Under the pieces are notes generated by a model, which saw nothing but the letters and a program-made list of their open reading frames with translations, ran no database searches and was not told where the DNA came from. A stretch of 32,000 nucleotides of DNA from assembly GCF_000091665.1 (NCBI RefSeq), contig NC_000909.1, positions 760,712 to 792,711 on the forward strand, read 5' to 3'. A program made the translations under genes and the position numbers. Below, piece by piece: positions 7,742-18,479 of the stretch. Every line of letters starts with the position of its first letter. The first letter of the stretch is position 1. This stretch comes from Methanocaldococcus jannaschii DSM 2661 (GTDB taxonomy: Archaea > AGJL01 > Methanococci > Methanococcales > Methanocaldococcaceae).

Positions 7742-9076
7742 ATGGTAAAGTACAAAGACACAATAAACTTGTATGATGAAAAAGGTAAATTAGTAGAAGA
7801 AAACGTTCCTTTAGAAGCAATCAGCCCATTGCACAACCCAACAATTCAGAAGTTAGTTAAAGATGTTAAGAGAACAGTGGCAGTTAACTTAGCAGGTATT
7901 GAGAACGCTTTGAGAACTGGTCAAGTTGGTGGAAAAGGTTGTATGATTAAAGGTAGAGAGTTAGATTTACCAATTGTTGAAAATGCTGAAACAATTGCTG
8001 AATACGTTGAAAAAGTTGTTAGAGTTTCAGAAGATGACGACACATCAATTAAATTAATTAACGATGGAAAACAGATGGCTGTTCAAATTCCATCAAAGAG
8101 GTTAGATGTTGCAGCAGAATATTCAGTCTCTGTTTTAGTTACAGCTCAAGCATTAAAAGAAGCTATTATTAGAACATTTGATGTTGATATCTTCGATGCT
8201 CCAATGGTTCATGCAGCTGTTTTAGGTGGCTACCCACACGAAGTTACAATGAAAGGTTCAAACATCGCTGCATTATTAGGTAGCCCATTATCATTAGAAG
8301 GGCCAGGTTATGCGTTAAGAAACATCATGGCAAACCACTTCGTTGCATGTACAAAGAAAAATGTCATGAACGCAGTTGCATTCGCTGCAATTATGGAGCA
8401 AACAGCAATGTTTGAAATGGGAGACGCTGTTGGATTATTTGAAAGATTACACTTATTAGGTTTAGCATACCAAGGATTAAACGCAGACAACTTAGTAATT
8501 GACTTAGTTAAAGCAAACGGTAAGAACGGAACTGTTGGTACAGTAGTTGCTTCCGTTGTTGAAAGAGCTTTAGAGGATGGAGTCATTAAAGAAGACAAAA
8601 CATTACCATCAGGATTTAAGTTATACAAACCAGTTGATGTTGCTAAGTGGAACGCTTACGCTGCAGCTGGTTTAGTTGCAGCTGCTATAGTAAACTGTGG
8701 GGCTGCAAGAGCAGCACAGAACATTGCATCAACAATCTTATACTACAACGACATCTTAGAATACGAAACAGGATTACCAGGAGTTGACTTCGGTAGAGCA
8801 GAAGGTACAGCAGTTGGATTCTCATTCTTCAGTCACTCAATTTACGGAGGAGGAGGGCCAGGTATCTTCAACGGAAACCACATCGTTACAAGACACTCAA
8901 AAGGATTTGCTATCCCGCCAGTTGCAGCTGCAATGTGTTTAGACGCTGGAACACAGATGTTCTCACCAGAGAGAACATCAGCATTAGTTGGAACTGTCTT
9001 CAGTGCAATTGATGAATTCAGAGAGCCATTGAAGTATGTCATAAAAGGAGCATTAGAAGTTAAGGACAAAATCTAA
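7742..9076 (+). CDS. mcrB: Methyl-coenzyme M reductase beta subunit
   Basis: The translation is unmistakably McrB ([33 protein letters not shown]...). The start is placed at the ATG at 7742 after GGAGTGAT. The gene has highly expressed-type codon usage. Confidence 0.95.
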   Translation: MVKYKDTINLYDEKGKLVEENVPLEAISPLHNPTIQKLVKDVKRTVAVNLAGIENALRTGQVGGKGCMIKGRELDLPIVENAETIAEYVEKVVRVSEDDDTSIKLINDGKQMAVQIPSKRLDVAAEYSVSVLVTAQALKEAIIRTFDVDIFDAPMVHAAVLGGYPHEVTMKGSNIAALLGSPLSLEGPGYALRNIMANHFVACTKKNVMNAVAFAAIMEQTAMFEMGDAVGLFERLHLLGLAYQGLNADNLVIDLVKANGKNGTVGTVVASVVERALEDGVIKEDKTLPSGFKLYKPVDVAKWNAYAAAGLVAAAIVNCGAARAAQNIASTILYYNDILEYETGLPGVDFGRAEGTAVGFSFFSHSIYGGGGPGIFNGNHIVTRHSKGFAIPPVAAAMCLDAGTQMFSPERTSALVGTVFSAIDEFREPLKYVIKGALEVKDKI

Positions 9077-9094
9077 AACTTTAAGTGATTGTTT

Positions 9095-9583
9095 ATGATT
9101 GAAGTTGAAATCTTCCCACATAGGTATTTGAAAGCCTCCACAACTGAAAAATTTCTCAATAAAATTTATGACTTGAAGACCGTGGAGAGAGTTGTAATCC
9201 ACGGTCAGCCCCTCCCTAAAGTTATCACTTATGGGCCTGCAAGAGGTTTGCCAGTGAATCACACAGAGAGGAAGATAATACATGTTAAAGGAGTTCCAGT
9301 AGAGCTAACAGTGATGGCAGGGAGATTCTGGATAACTCTCAGTGATGACAGTGAGTTGGATAAATTAGATGAAATCTGCAAAGAAATGTTCCCATTTGGC
9401 TACAACTTAAGAGTCGGGAAATTCTTAAAAGACAGACCAACAGTTACCGACTATATAAAATATGGTGAAGATGGGGTCTTCCTAATAAATGAGATGGACA
9501 GAAGATTGATAGGAATGGTTGATCCAAGAAGTAGAATGGCAAACTCTGTTACAGTTGTAGAAAAAGAAGAAAAAGAGGAATAG
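9095..9583 (+). CDS. mcrD: Methyl-coenzyme M reductase operon protein D
   Basis: Position in the mcrBDCGA order, the size (about 160 aa) and the [14 protein letters not shown]-terminus support the call. The ATG at 9095 follows GTGAT. Confidence 0.9.
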   Translation: MIEVEIFPHRYLKASTTEKFLNKIYDLKTVERVVIHGQPLPKVITYGPARGLPVNHTERKIIHVKGVPVELTVMAGRFWITLSDDSELDKLDEICKEMFPFGYNLRVGKFLKDRPTVTDYIKYGEDGVFLINEMDRRLIGMVDPRSRMANSVTVVEKEEKEE

Positions 9584-9584
9584 T

Positions 9585-10187
9585 ATGCCAGTAGGGAGAA
9601 GGGAACAAATTGTGGATTGTAGGTCAGTGATGGGTTTAGGAGAAGGGGGAGGATTAGCACAGAGAGGGACATTTGCAGAGGCATTAAAAAATGATGTGGT
9701 AGTTGTAGCGATGTCACCAGGAAGGAGGCATATAACAAAACCTGTCTGTGAGATAACTTATGGAATAAGGGAAGCAGGGATTCAAACAAGCGTTCTGGTT
9801 TTAAATGCTGGTTCAGGAATACCACATGATGCTCCGAGAGGAGCTCTGGGTTCAACCTTTGGTATCAAACCAGAAGAGGCAGAGCAAATAAATAGACATA
9901 AGCTCTGTGTTGTTCATTTCGGAAACGTTATCAGCCATATCGTCTATAAAGCGGGTCTCCTCCTAAAATACGTTGAAATTCCAACGATTATTGTCTGTCA
10001 AGCTCCTGTGGATATGGAAGACCTTGCTAAATATGGAATAAAGACAAGGGATGTCATGCCCTTAGAACCTAAGACCAAAGGGACAGTTGTAGATATCGTA
10101 ACTGGAGTAATTAGGGGAGAATCTTGTCCCCAAACTAAAATTGATGAGGTAATAAGAAAAATAAAACTTCATTTAAACCTAAATTGA
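9585..10187 (+). CDS. mcrC: Methyl-coenzyme M reductase operon protein C
   Basis: Position in the operon, the size (200 aa) and the [13 protein letters not shown]...GLGEGGG N-terminus typical of McrC support the call. Confidence 0.9.
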   Translation: MPVGRREQIVDCRSVMGLGEGGGLAQRGTFAEALKNDVVVVAMSPGRRHITKPVCEITYGIREAGIQTSVLVLNAGSGIPHDAPRGALGSTFGIKPEEAEQINRHKLCVVHFGNVISHIVYKAGLLLKYVEIPTIIVCQAPVDMEDLAKYGIKTRDVMPLEPKTKGTVVDIVTGVIRGESCPQTKIDEVIRKIKLHLNLN

Positions 10188-10196
10188 GGTGATTGT

Positions 10197-10979
10197 ATGG
10201 CATACAAGCCACAGTTCTACCCAGGTCAAACAAAAATTGCTCAAAATAGAAGAGACCACATGAATCCAGATGTTCAGTTAGAAAAGTTGAGAGACATTCC
10301 AGATGATGATGTTGTTAAGATAATGGGTCACAGACAGCCAGGAGAGGATTACAAAACAGTTCACCCACCATTAGAGGAGATGGATTTACCAGAAGACTAT
10401 GTAAGAGATTTAGTTGAGCCATTAAATGGAGCTAAAGAAGGTCACAGAATTAGATACATACAATTTACCGATTCAATGTACTTCGCTCCAGCTCAGCCAT
10501 ATGACAGAGCAAGAACTTACATGTGGAGATTTAGAGGAGTAGATACTGGAACATTATCCGGAAGACAAGTTATTGAGATGAGAGAGAGTGACTTAGAAGC
10601 ATTATCAAAGAACTTCTTAATTGATACAGCATTCTTTGACCCTGCAAGAATTGGTATTAGAGGAGCTACTGTCCACGGACACTCATTAAGATTGGATGAA
10701 AACGGTTTAATGTTCGATGCTCTCCAGAGATATGTTTATGATGAGAAAACAGGACACGTTTTATACGTTAAAGACCAGGTTGGAAGACCATTAGATGAGC
10801 CTGTAGATGTTGGAGAACCTTTACCAGAAGAGAAATTGAAAGAGATTACAACCATCTACAGAATTGATGGAGTCCCAATGAGAGAAGATGAAGAATTATT
10901 AACAGTTGTTAAGAGAATCCACAGAGCAAGAACCTTAGGAGGGTTCTTACCAGTAGAAGATGTTTTCGAGAAACTCTAA
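10197..10979 (+). CDS. mcrG: Methyl-coenzyme M reductase gamma subunit
   Basis: The protein begins MAYKPQFYPGQTKIAQNRR and is 260 aa. A GAGGTGAT SD is present. Confidence 0.95.
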   Translation: MAYKPQFYPGQTKIAQNRRDHMNPDVQLEKLRDIPDDDVVKIMGHRQPGEDYKTVHPPLEEMDLPEDYVRDLVEPLNGAKEGHRIRYIQFTDSMYFAPAQPYDRARTYMWRFRGVDTGTLSGRQVIEMRESDLEALSKNFLIDTAFFDPARIGIRGATVHGHSLRLDENGLMFDALQRYVYDEKTGHVLYVKDQVGRPLDEPVDVGEPLPEEKLKEITTIYRIDGVPMREDEELLTVVKRIHRARTLGGFLPVEDVFEKL

Positions 10980-11110
10980 GATTTGGGCTTTGCCCATTTA
11001 ACCTTTATAACTTTCTCCCACTAAAACTACAAAAATAAATTATAAATCTCAAAAATATAACTTAGAAAAATAAAAAATAAAAATCAAAATTCCTCACAGA
11101 GGTGAGCCCG

Positions 11111-12772
11111 ATGGATGCTGAAAAAAGATTGTTCTTAAAGGCATTAAAGGAAAAGTTTGAAGAAGACCCAAGAGAAAAATACACTAAGTTCTATGTCTTT
11201 GGCGGATGGAGACAGTCAGCAAGAAAAAGAGAATTCGTTGAGGCAGCACAAAAATTAATTGAGAAGAGAGGAGGAATTCCATTTTACAACCCAGATATTG
11301 GAGTTCCATTGGGGCAGAGAAAATTAATGCCTTACAAAGTTTCAAATACAGATGCAATTGTTGAAGGGGATGACTTACACTTCATGAACAACGCTGCAAT
11401 GCAGCAGTTCTGGGATGACATAAGAAGAACAGTTATCGTTGGGATGGATACAGCTCACGCTGTTCTTGAAAAGAGATTGGGGGTAGAGGTTACTCCAGAA
11501 ACAATTAATGAATACATGGAAACTATTAACCACGCTCTCCCAGGAGGAGCAGTTGTTCAGGAGCACATGGTTGAGGTCCACCCAGCATTAGTCTGGGACT
11601 GTTACGCTAAGATATTCACTGGAGATGACGAATTAGCAGATGAGATTGACAAGAGGTTCTTAATTGACATTAACAAGTTGTTCCCAGAAGAGCAGGCAGA
11701 ACAAATCAAGAAGGCAATCGGTAAGAGAACATACCAAGTTTCAAGAGTTCCAACATTAGTCGGTAGAGTTTGTGATGGGGGAACAATAGCAAGATGGAGT
11801 GCTATGCAGATTGGAATGTCATTCATTACAGCTTACAAGCTCTGTGCTGGGGAGGCAGCAATTGCTGACTTCTCATACGCTGCAAAGCACGCTGATGTCA
11901 TTCAGATGGCTTCATTCTTGCCAGCAAGAAGAGCAAGAGGGCCAAATGAACCAGGAGGTATCTTCTTCGGAGTCTTGGCAGATATTGTTCAAACATCAAG
12001 AGTTTCAGATGACCCAGTTGAACAGTCATTAGAGGTTGTTGCTGCTGGGGCTATGTTGTATGACCAAATCTGGTTAGGAGGATACATGTCTGGAGGAGTC
12101 GGATTTACACAGTATGCTACAGCAACCTATACAGATGACATCTTGGATGACTTCTCATACTACGGATATGACTACATAACCAAGAAATATGGAGGATGCA
12201 ACAGCGTAAAACCAACAATGGATGTTGTTGAAGATATTGCTACTGAAGTAACTTTATATGGTTTAGAGCAGTATGACACCTTCCCAGCATTGTTAGAAGA
12301 CCACTTCGGAGGTTCCCAAAGAGCAGGGGTTACAGCTGCTGCAGCAGGTATTACAACTGCATTAGCTACAGGAAACTCAAACGCTGGAGTTAACGGATGG
12401 TATCTAAGCCAGATATTGCACAAAGAATACCACAGCAGATTAGGATTCTATGGTTATGACTTACAAGACCAGTGTGGAGCAGCCAACTCATTATCATTCA
12501 GAAACGATGAAGGTTCCCCATTAGAATTGAGAGGGCCTAACTATCCAAACTACGCAATGAACGTTGGTCACCAAGGAGAATATGCTGGAATTACACAGGC
12601 TGCACACTCAGCAAGAGGAGACGCATTTGCATTGAACCCATTAATTAAGGTTGCATTTGCAGACCCATCATTAGTCTTTGACTTCACACATCCAAGAAAA
12701 GAGTTTGCAAGAGGTGCTTTAAGAGAATTCGAGCCAGCTGGAGAAAGAGATCCAATCATCCCAGCTCACTAA
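11111..12772 (+). CDS. mcrA: Methyl-coenzyme M reductase alpha subunit
   Basis: Diagnostic McrA segments are present: [22 protein letters not shown] and [16 protein letters not shown]. The ATG at 11111 follows AGGTGA; the track's GTG at 11102 overlaps the SD. Confidence 0.95.
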   Translation: MDAEKRLFLKALKEKFEEDPREKYTKFYVFGGWRQSARKREFVEAAQKLIEKRGGIPFYNPDIGVPLGQRKLMPYKVSNTDAIVEGDDLHFMNNAAMQQFWDDIRRTVIVGMDTAHAVLEKRLGVEVTPETINEYMETINHALPGGAVVQEHMVEVHPALVWDCYAKIFTGDDELADEIDKRFLIDINKLFPEEQAEQIKKAIGKRTYQVSRVPTLVGRVCDGGTIARWSAMQIGMSFITAYKLCAGEAAIADFSYAAKHADVIQMASFLPARRARGPNEPGGIFFGVLADIVQTSRVSDDPVEQSLEVVAAGAMLYDQIWLGGYMSGGVGFTQYATATYTDDILDDFSYYGYDYITKKYGGCNSVKPTMDVVEDIATEVTLYGLEQYDTFPALLEDHFGGSQRAGVTAAAAGITTALATGNSNAGVNGWYLSQILHKEYHSRLGFYGYDLQDQCGAANSLSFRNDEGSPLELRGPNYPNYAMNVGHQGEYAGITQAAHSARGDAFALNPLIKVAFADPSLVFDFTHPRKEFARGALREFEPAGERDPIIPAH

Positions 12773-12777
12773 ATTCT

Positions 12778-12796
12778 AAATTTTTTAATTTTTTAT
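12778..12796 (+). terminator. Oligo-T terminator region after mcrA
   Basis: Two T6 tracts (12781-12786 and 12789-12794) lie immediately after the mcrA stop. Archaeal termination signals are oligo-T runs. Confidence 0.45.
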
Positions 12797-12934
12797 TATG
12801 TTGATATTGTTAAGCATATTAAAACGTAAAATACAAAAACTTAAATTCTGACATTGTTTTTAATATTCTGGATGGATTCCTATAACTAAAAAAAAGTTAA
12901 ATAAAAATTAAGTGAATTTTAACAGAATCAAATA

Positions 12935-12950
12935 GAAAACCTTATATATT
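12935..12950 (+). promoter_or_regulatory. Probable mtr operon BRE/TATA
   Basis: GAAAAC followed by CTTATATATT lies about 45 nt upstream of the mtrE ATG. The predicted leader contains the AGGTGAT SD. Confidence 0.45.
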
Positions 12951-12991
12951 AACCTAATAAAACTAAGTCTTATGTAAAATGAGGTGATAGG

Positions 12992-13903
12992 ATGGATGCA
13001 ACACTGATAGCCCTTGGGGCTTTAGCGTTGAGTGGTGCATTGGCAACAGTTGCTGGATGTGCAGAAGATTTGGAATCTGATGTAGGGTCTCAGTCAAACC
13101 CAAACTCACAGGTTCAGTTAGCTCCACAGATGGGGAATATACACAGATACTTTAACAAGGCTATATCTGGGGAGCCAGTTTCTTATGGTTTGTATGTTGC
13201 AGTTGCGGGGACAGTTGCTTATGCTATTATGCAAATGGGATTAAACCCAATTTTAGCGTTAATTTTAGGAGCAGGAGTAGCTGCTTTTGTTCATGGGGCT
13301 TATGCTATTTCAGCATATTTAGGTAGAATTGTGGGTCAATCAAAGAACTTTGGTCAGCCAGTTTATTGGGATGTTGTAATGAGCCATCTTGGCCCAATTG
13401 TTGGACATGGTTTTATTGCAGTCTTTTGTATGGTTTTAATGGCTTATTTAGCTAACACTATATTAGGAAACCCATTCCCACTGCCATTGATTGCATTGAT
13501 ATTTGGGATTACTGTTGGTGCAATTGGTTCATCAACTGGAGACGTTCATTATGGTGCTGAAAGAGAATATCAAAAATATCCATTTGGAGGAGGAGTTCCA
13601 GTTGCTAACCATGGAGATATTGACATTAAAGCAGAATATGGTTTAAGAAACGGTATGGACTCCTCATACTTCTGTTCAAGATTAGGAGGAGTTTTAACTG
13701 GTTTATGCTTTGGTTTAATTGTATTTTTAGATGGTTGGAGAGGTGTTTTGGGAGATATATTAAAAGGAGGTCAGGGAGGAAGTGTAATAACTGCTTCAAT
13801 AATATCAATTGTTATTGGTTTGATAATCGTAGCTATATTGGCAATAATAAATAGAAAGGTTGAGGTCTTTGCAAGAAATAAGTATGGACCATACACAAAA
13901 TAA
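12992..13903 (+). CDS. mtrE: Tetrahydromethanopterin S-methyltransferase subunit E
   Basis: A polytopic membrane protein and the first gene of the conserved mtrEDCBAFGH order. An AGGTGAT SD is present. Confidence 0.9.
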   Translation: MDATLIALGALALSGALATVAGCAEDLESDVGSQSNPNSQVQLAPQMGNIHRYFNKAISGEPVSYGLYVAVAGTVAYAIMQMGLNPILALILGAGVAAFVHGAYAISAYLGRIVGQSKNFGQPVYWDVVMSHLGPIVGHGFIAVFCMVLMAYLANTILGNPFPLPLIALIFGITVGAIGSSTGDVHYGAEREYQKYPFGGGVPVANHGDIDIKAEYGLRNGMDSSYFCSRLGGVLTGLCFGLIVFLDGWRGVLGDILKGGQGGSVITASIISIVIGLIIVAILAIINRKVEVFARNKYGPYTK

Positions 13904-13916
13904 AAGGTGATAATGT

Positions 13917-14609
13917 ATGGATATTGTTAGCGCAATTGTTCCATTAATTGAGATGACTATTGCAGGGGCAATAATTAATGCAAGTGTTCATTTTATCCCT
14001 GTTGGAGGGGCTCCAGCGGCTATGGCGACCTCAACAGGGGTTGGAACAGGAACAACACAGTTGGCAGCAGGGGCAGGTTTTACTGGATTGATGGGTGCTG
14101 CAGTAATGGCATCAAATGTAGGTTTATCACCTATTGGAATGGCATTGATTATGATCTCTGGAGCTGTAAGTTCAATGATTATGCTCGGAGTAACGATGTT
14201 AATTGGGCAATTAATTTATGTATTTGGAGTTGGGGTTGTTCCAGCTGCAGATAAGTGTGAAATTGATCCTATAACTAAAGATCCACAAAAACCTTATGTT
14301 ACTCCAGGGACTACAGGACATGGAGTTCCAACTGTTTGTTTTGTTAGTGGTTTAATAGGAGCGGCTTTAGGAGGAATTGGTGGAGCTTTAGCATACATTG
14401 CTTTAAGAAAACTCGGTTTAGATCCAGGAGTTGCAGGGATGTTAGCAGTTGGTTTCTTCTTTATCAATGCGGTTTTAGCATCATATAACATTGGAGGGAC
14501 TATTGAAGGATTCCACGACCCAAAATTCAAGAAAATGCCTAATGGAGTTATTGCATCAACAGTAGCTTCATTATTGTTTGGTATAATTTCAGTATTGATG
14601 GTTTTATAA
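13917..14609 (+). CDS. mtrD: Tetrahydromethanopterin S-methyltransferase subunit D
   Basis: A Gly/Ala-rich polytopic membrane protein of 230 aa, second in the operon. Confidence 0.9.
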   Translation: MDIVSAIVPLIEMTIAGAIINASVHFIPVGGAPAAMATSTGVGTGTTQLAAGAGFTGLMGAAVMASNVGLSPIGMALIMISGAVSSMIMLGVTMLIGQLIYVFGVGVVPAADKCEIDPITKDPQKPYVTPGTTGHGVPTVCFVSGLIGAALGGIGGALAYIALRKLGLDPGVAGMLAVGFFFINAVLASYNIGGTIEGFHDPKFKKMPNGVIASTVASLLFGIISVLMVL

Positions 14610-14638
14610 ATTTAACAATATAGAATGGGTGATTAATT

Positions 14639-15436
14639 ATGTCACATGGTGGAGGAGGTCATGCAGCTGAACTTTATCCTGAAGAGCAAATATTTGCTGT
14701 AGGTATTGCTTTATCATTGGTTGGATGCTATTTAGCAAACTTTTTGTCACCTTATGGATTGGGAATGTTAATTGGCGGTTTATTGGCATCTGCAGCATGT
14801 GTTGCTGGAGCAAATACTGTTAGGAAAGTAGCTGCTTACGGTCTTGGAACAGGAGTTCCGTCCATTGGTATGGTAAGTTTAGGTATGGGAACATTGGCGG
14901 CAGTTGCAGGTGTTTTAATTCCTGATTACTTCAATCTTCCTTATTTGGTAGCTCCAATTATAACATTGATAGTTTCAGCAGTTATTGGATATATCGTTGG
15001 AAGATTAACAGTAAATCCAGTAGGTATGAAGATTCCAATTATGGTTAGAAGTATGACATTTTTATCAATTGCAGGAGCCATGGCTTTATTAGGATTTACT
15101 GTTGCCTATGTGGGTAGTTTAGAACCACAAAAATACATTGATTATGCATTAAATAATGGTATGATGGCCTTGGCATTTATTGCTGCGGGTATGGCAATAT
15201 TACATCCATTTAACGCATGTTTGGGTCCAAATGAAAGCCATAAGAGAACATTAACATTAGCAGTTGCTTGTGGTTTTATAACATGGTTTGTATTCTCAGT
15301 AGTTAAATTAGATATAGTATCTATAATTGTTTCAATAATATTATGGGCAATTGTCTATGTGAAGTTTGTTAAGATGTCATTTAAAGATGCCTGTGCAGTT
15401 CTTCACGTTCCAGAGATTCCTAAGAAGGAGGAATAA
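14639..15436 (+). CDS. mtrC: Tetrahydromethanopterin S-methyltransferase subunit C
   Basis: A polytopic membrane protein of 265 aa, third in the operon. Confidence 0.9.
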   Translation: MSHGGGGHAAELYPEEQIFAVGIALSLVGCYLANFLSPYGLGMLIGGLLASAACVAGANTVRKVAAYGLGTGVPSIGMVSLGMGTLAAVAGVLIPDYFNLPYLVAPIITLIVSAVIGYIVGRLTVNPVGMKIPIMVRSMTFLSIAGAMALLGFTVAYVGSLEPQKYIDYALNNGMMALAFIAAGMAILHPFNACLGPNESHKRTLTLAVACGFITWFVFSVVKLDIVSIIVSIILWAIVYVKFVKMSFKDACAVLHVPEIPKKEE

Positions 15437-15445
15437 GGTGATAAT

Positions 15446-15757
15446 ATGGCAACTTATGTATTTATAGACCAGAATATTCCTTTAGTATATACTGTTGAAA
15501 CAGGAGTAATTACAAAAGGATTTGGAGATTTGTTATTTGTTGATGTTTCTCCAATAGAAGAACAAATTAAAAAATTGGAAACATTGGTAGATGCATATGA
15601 GCATTCTTTAGATCCAAGGTATCCACCATTAAACTCATTCCCAAATAGAGATGGCGTCTATGCAATATCAGGATACTTTAAGAGTGCATTCTTTGGATTT
15701 TGGATAGGTCTTGGGATAATGGCACTGTTGGCGATAATATTGGGAGTGAAATTCTAA
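15446..15757 (+). CDS. mtrB: Tetrahydromethanopterin S-methyltransferase subunit B
   Basis: A 103-aa protein with a soluble N-terminal part and one C-terminal helix, fourth in the operon. A GGTGAT SD is present. Confidence 0.85.
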   Translation: MATYVFIDQNIPLVYTVETGVITKGFGDLLFVDVSPIEEQIKKLETLVDAYEHSLDPRYPPLNSFPNRDGVYAISGYFKSAFFGFWIGLGIMALLAIILGVKF

Positions 15758-15788
15758 AAATCTCTTAAAAATTTTTATGGTGATGTCT

Positions 15789-16514
15789 ATGGCAAATAAA
15801 AGAGAACCAGCACCAGGATGGCCAATTGTCTCTGGTGAATATGTTGTTGGAAATCCGGAAAGTTGTGTTGGAGTTGTAACTTTAGGTTCTCACGGTTTGG
15901 AGCAAGCATGTATCGATGCAGGGGCTGCTATAGCAGGACCTTGCCACACAGAAAACTTGGGTATTGAAAAGGTTGTAGCAAACTATATATCAAACCCAAA
16001 CATTAGGTTTATGATTCTCTGTGGTTCAGAAGTCCAAGGGCATATAACTGGACAGTGTTTTAAAGCATTATGGGAAAATGGCATTGGAGACGATGGAGGT
16101 ATTATTGGAGCTAAAGGGGCCATACCATTCTTAGAGAACGTGAATAAAGAAGCAGTTGAAAGATTTAGAAGGCAGATAGTTGAAGTTGTTGATTTAATTG
16201 ACTGTGAAGATATTGGTAAAATAACACAAGCAATAAAAGAGTGTTTAAGTAAAGACCCAGGAGCTATTGACGAAGACCCATTTATAATTGAGTTAGAAGG
16301 AGGAAAAGGAGGAGGAGAAGAGGAAGAGGGTGTTATAAAACCAATAACACCAGAAATGGCAATAATTGAGAGTAGAATGAGATTAATTGGAAATGAAATG
16401 TGCTATAATGGATTGTTAGCAAAGTGGCAGGCAGGATATTATAATGGTAAGATTCAAGGAATTGCCACTGGTTTGTTCTTAATGCTACTAATTATGGGAA
16501 TCTTAATGTTCTAA
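15789..16514 (+). CDS. mtrA: Tetrahydromethanopterin S-methyltransferase subunit A (corrinoid-binding)
   Basis: The soluble domain begins [21 protein letters not shown] and is followed by a G/E-rich linker and one C-terminal helix. The ATG at 15789 follows GGTGAT. Confidence 0.9.
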   Translation: MANKREPAPGWPIVSGEYVVGNPESCVGVVTLGSHGLEQACIDAGAAIAGPCHTENLGIEKVVANYISNPNIRFMILCGSEVQGHITGQCFKALWENGIGDDGGIIGAKGAIPFLENVNKEAVERFRRQIVEVVDLIDCEDIGKITQAIKECLSKDPGAIDEDPFIIELEGGKGGGEEEEGVIKPITPEMAIIESRMRLIGNEMCYNGLLAKWQAGYYNGKIQGIATGLFLMLLIMGILMF

Positions 16515-16531
16515 TTGTATAAGGTGAGAAA

Positions 16532-16738
16532 ATGGGTGTTGAAGTTTCAAACAAACCTAATGTTTCATCAATACAGAGTTATGTAGAGGATTTAGAATAT
16601 AAAGTTGGATTAATAACGAGAAATAGAGGTTTAGAGAGTGGAACCGAATCTGCTGGAACAAAAGGATTAATAATTGGAGTAGTTTCAGCCATAGTGTTAA
16701 TGGGTATTCCTTTGGCGCTGTATTTCTTAATGAAATAA
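16532..16738 (+). CDS. mtrF: Tetrahydromethanopterin S-methyltransferase subunit F
   Basis: A 68-aa protein with a C-terminal helix, at the expected position after mtrA. Confidence 0.8.
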
Positions 16739-16758
16739 GATTTTTTGGGGTGAATTAA

Positions 16759-17013
16759 ATGTCCGAAGACGAAAAGTTGCCACAAGTAATAATGGACCCT
16801 GCAGATTATGAGGCATTAAAAAAGAGGTTAGATGAATTAGAAAAAAAGGTAGAAAACACAAATGCTGAACTCTTCCAACTGGCTGGAAAAAAAGTTGGGA
16901 GGGATATTGGAATATTATATGGTTTAGTTATAGGGATAATACTTTCCTACATACTGCCAGCATTAATCAAAATCATACAAATATTGAGTTTAAAAGTACT
17001 TGTTCAACAATAA
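16759..17013 (+). CDS. mtrG: Tetrahydromethanopterin S-methyltransferase subunit G
   Basis: An 84-aa protein with a coiled N-terminal part and a C-terminal helix, at the expected position before mtrH. Confidence 0.8.
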   Translation: MSEDEKLPQVIMDPADYEALKKRLDELEKKVENTNAELFQLAGKKVGRDIGILYGLVIGIILSYILPALIKIIQILSLKVLVQQ

Positions 17014-17041
17014 ATATATAAAAATTATGAGGTGGGAAATT

Positions 17042-18001
17042 ATGTTTAAGTTTGACAGAGAGCAAATGGTCGTTGAAATTGCGGGGAGAAAAATTGGAGG
17101 TCAGCCAGGAGAGTATCCTACAGCTTTAGCAGGGACTATATTCTATGCAAGACACAAAATTGTTGAAGATGAGAGAAAAGGTATCTTTGACAAAGCAGCG
17201 GCAGAGGATTTAATTAACAAACAGGCAGAGATGGAAGACATTACTGGAAACCCAGCGTTAGTTCAGGTATTTGGAGGAACCCCAGAGGCGTTAGTTAATT
17301 ATATTGACTTTGTTGCTGAGGTTTGGGATGGTCCAATGTTATTGGACTCTACATCAGGAGAAGCAAGAATGGCTGCTGCAAAGAGAGCTACTGAAGCTGG
17401 ATATGCTAAGCAGTGTATTTATAACTCTATTAACGTTTCTATTGATGAGCAAGAATATCAGGTTTTAGTTGAAAGTGATTTGGAAGCATCAATTGTTTTA
17501 TGTTTCGACCCAATGGACCCAACTGTTGAAGGAAAGATAAATGTCTTAACAAATGGTGGGAAAACAGCAGATAAGGGGATGTTAGAACTCGCTGAAAAAG
17601 CAGGTATTAAGTATCCTTTAATCGATACAGCAGTTACACCATTAGGTAACGGAGCAGGAGCTGCTGTTAGAGCATCATTTGCTGTTAAAGCACTATTTGG
17701 ATATCCAGTAGGGAGTGGTATTCACAACATTCCATCAGCATGGGACTGGTTAAGAGAGTTTAGAAAACAGTTAAGAGAAGCTGGAGAAAGAGAAAAAGCA
17801 AAAGATATTCACCACGTTTGTGATGTTGGAGCAAACTTAGTCCAAGTTATGGCGTCAGGAGACTTTGTCCTTTATGGCCCAATTGACAATGCATATATGA
17901 CATTCCCAGCAGTAGCTATGGTTGATGCAATTATTGCAGAGGCAGCAAAAGAATTAGGAATTGAACCAATAGATACACATCCATTCAAGAAATTGGTCTA
18001 A
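17042..18001 (+). CDS. mtrH: Tetrahydromethanopterin S-methyltransferase subunit H
   Basis: A soluble pterin-binding-type protein (MFKFDREQMVVEIAGRKIGGQPGEYPT...) and the last gene of the operon. The ATG at 17042 follows GAGGTGG; the track start at 17000 overlaps mtrG. Confidence 0.9.
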   Translation: MFKFDREQMVVEIAGRKIGGQPGEYPTALAGTIFYARHKIVEDERKGIFDKAAAEDLINKQAEMEDITGNPALVQVFGGTPEALVNYIDFVAEVWDGPMLLDSTSGEARMAAAKRATEAGYAKQCIYNSINVSIDEQEYQVLVESDLEASIVLCFDPMDPTVEGKINVLTNGGKTADKGMLELAEKAGIKYPLIDTAVTPLGNGAGAAVRASFAVKALFGYPVGSGIHNIPSAWDWLREFRKQLREAGEREKAKDIHHVCDVGANLVQVMASGDFVLYGPIDNAYMTFPAVAMVDAIIAEAAKELGIEPIDTHPFKKLV

Positions 18002-18479
18002 TAAAATAAAAAATAAATAGTCTCTATTATTCTATTTTATTACTTTTTATAGTTTTGTAATTTTGATTCTTTTTAGAGTAATAGTATATAATTAGTGATA
18101 GTTATTTTCCTTGAAAGTGAATTAAAAATGCTATTATCAATTTTAAACATGTGACTTATAATATTACTTTTTTTATAGAAAATTGAAAAATTATTTATAA
18201 GGCTTCCAACAAACTAAGTTTTGAATAGTATATACAATACAGGACTTCGTAGTCTATATATTAACTGTTGGAATTTAGATTATATTAAGAGGTATCAATC
18301 CCTTTAAAGATTTATTCCTGTGGAGTTCTATAATATTTAGAATCATTGTTAAACGTAGTTGGAATTATGGTAAAATATAATATATACAAAATATGGGGTA
18401 TTTATTTTTGTAAATATTAATTAATTTTTTTATTTTACTTGTGGGTAGATTGTAGAGAATAGAGGTATGTGTGGTTTAA

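Noticed and set aside
8308-14530. Numerous 60-134 aa ORFs antisense to, or out of frame with, the mcr and mtr genes (for example 8308-8628, 8842-9069, 9053-9283, 9451-9855, 11375-11581, 11602-11826, 11799-12032, 12172-12423, 12568-12759, 13626-13808, 14294-14530, and also 16579-16785).
   Set aside because: They lie entirely inside strongly supported, highly conserved genes. Their translations are low-complexity (Ser/Pro/Leu/Asn-rich), and they lack SD sequences. They are typical shadow ORFs.
16306-16330. A purine-only tract (GAAGGAGGAAAAGGAGGAGGAGAAGAGGAAGAGGG) that resembles a repeat or multiple SD sites.
   Set aside because: It lies in frame inside mtrA and encodes the Gly/Glu-rich linker ([12 protein letters not shown]) between the corrinoid domain and the C-terminal membrane helix.
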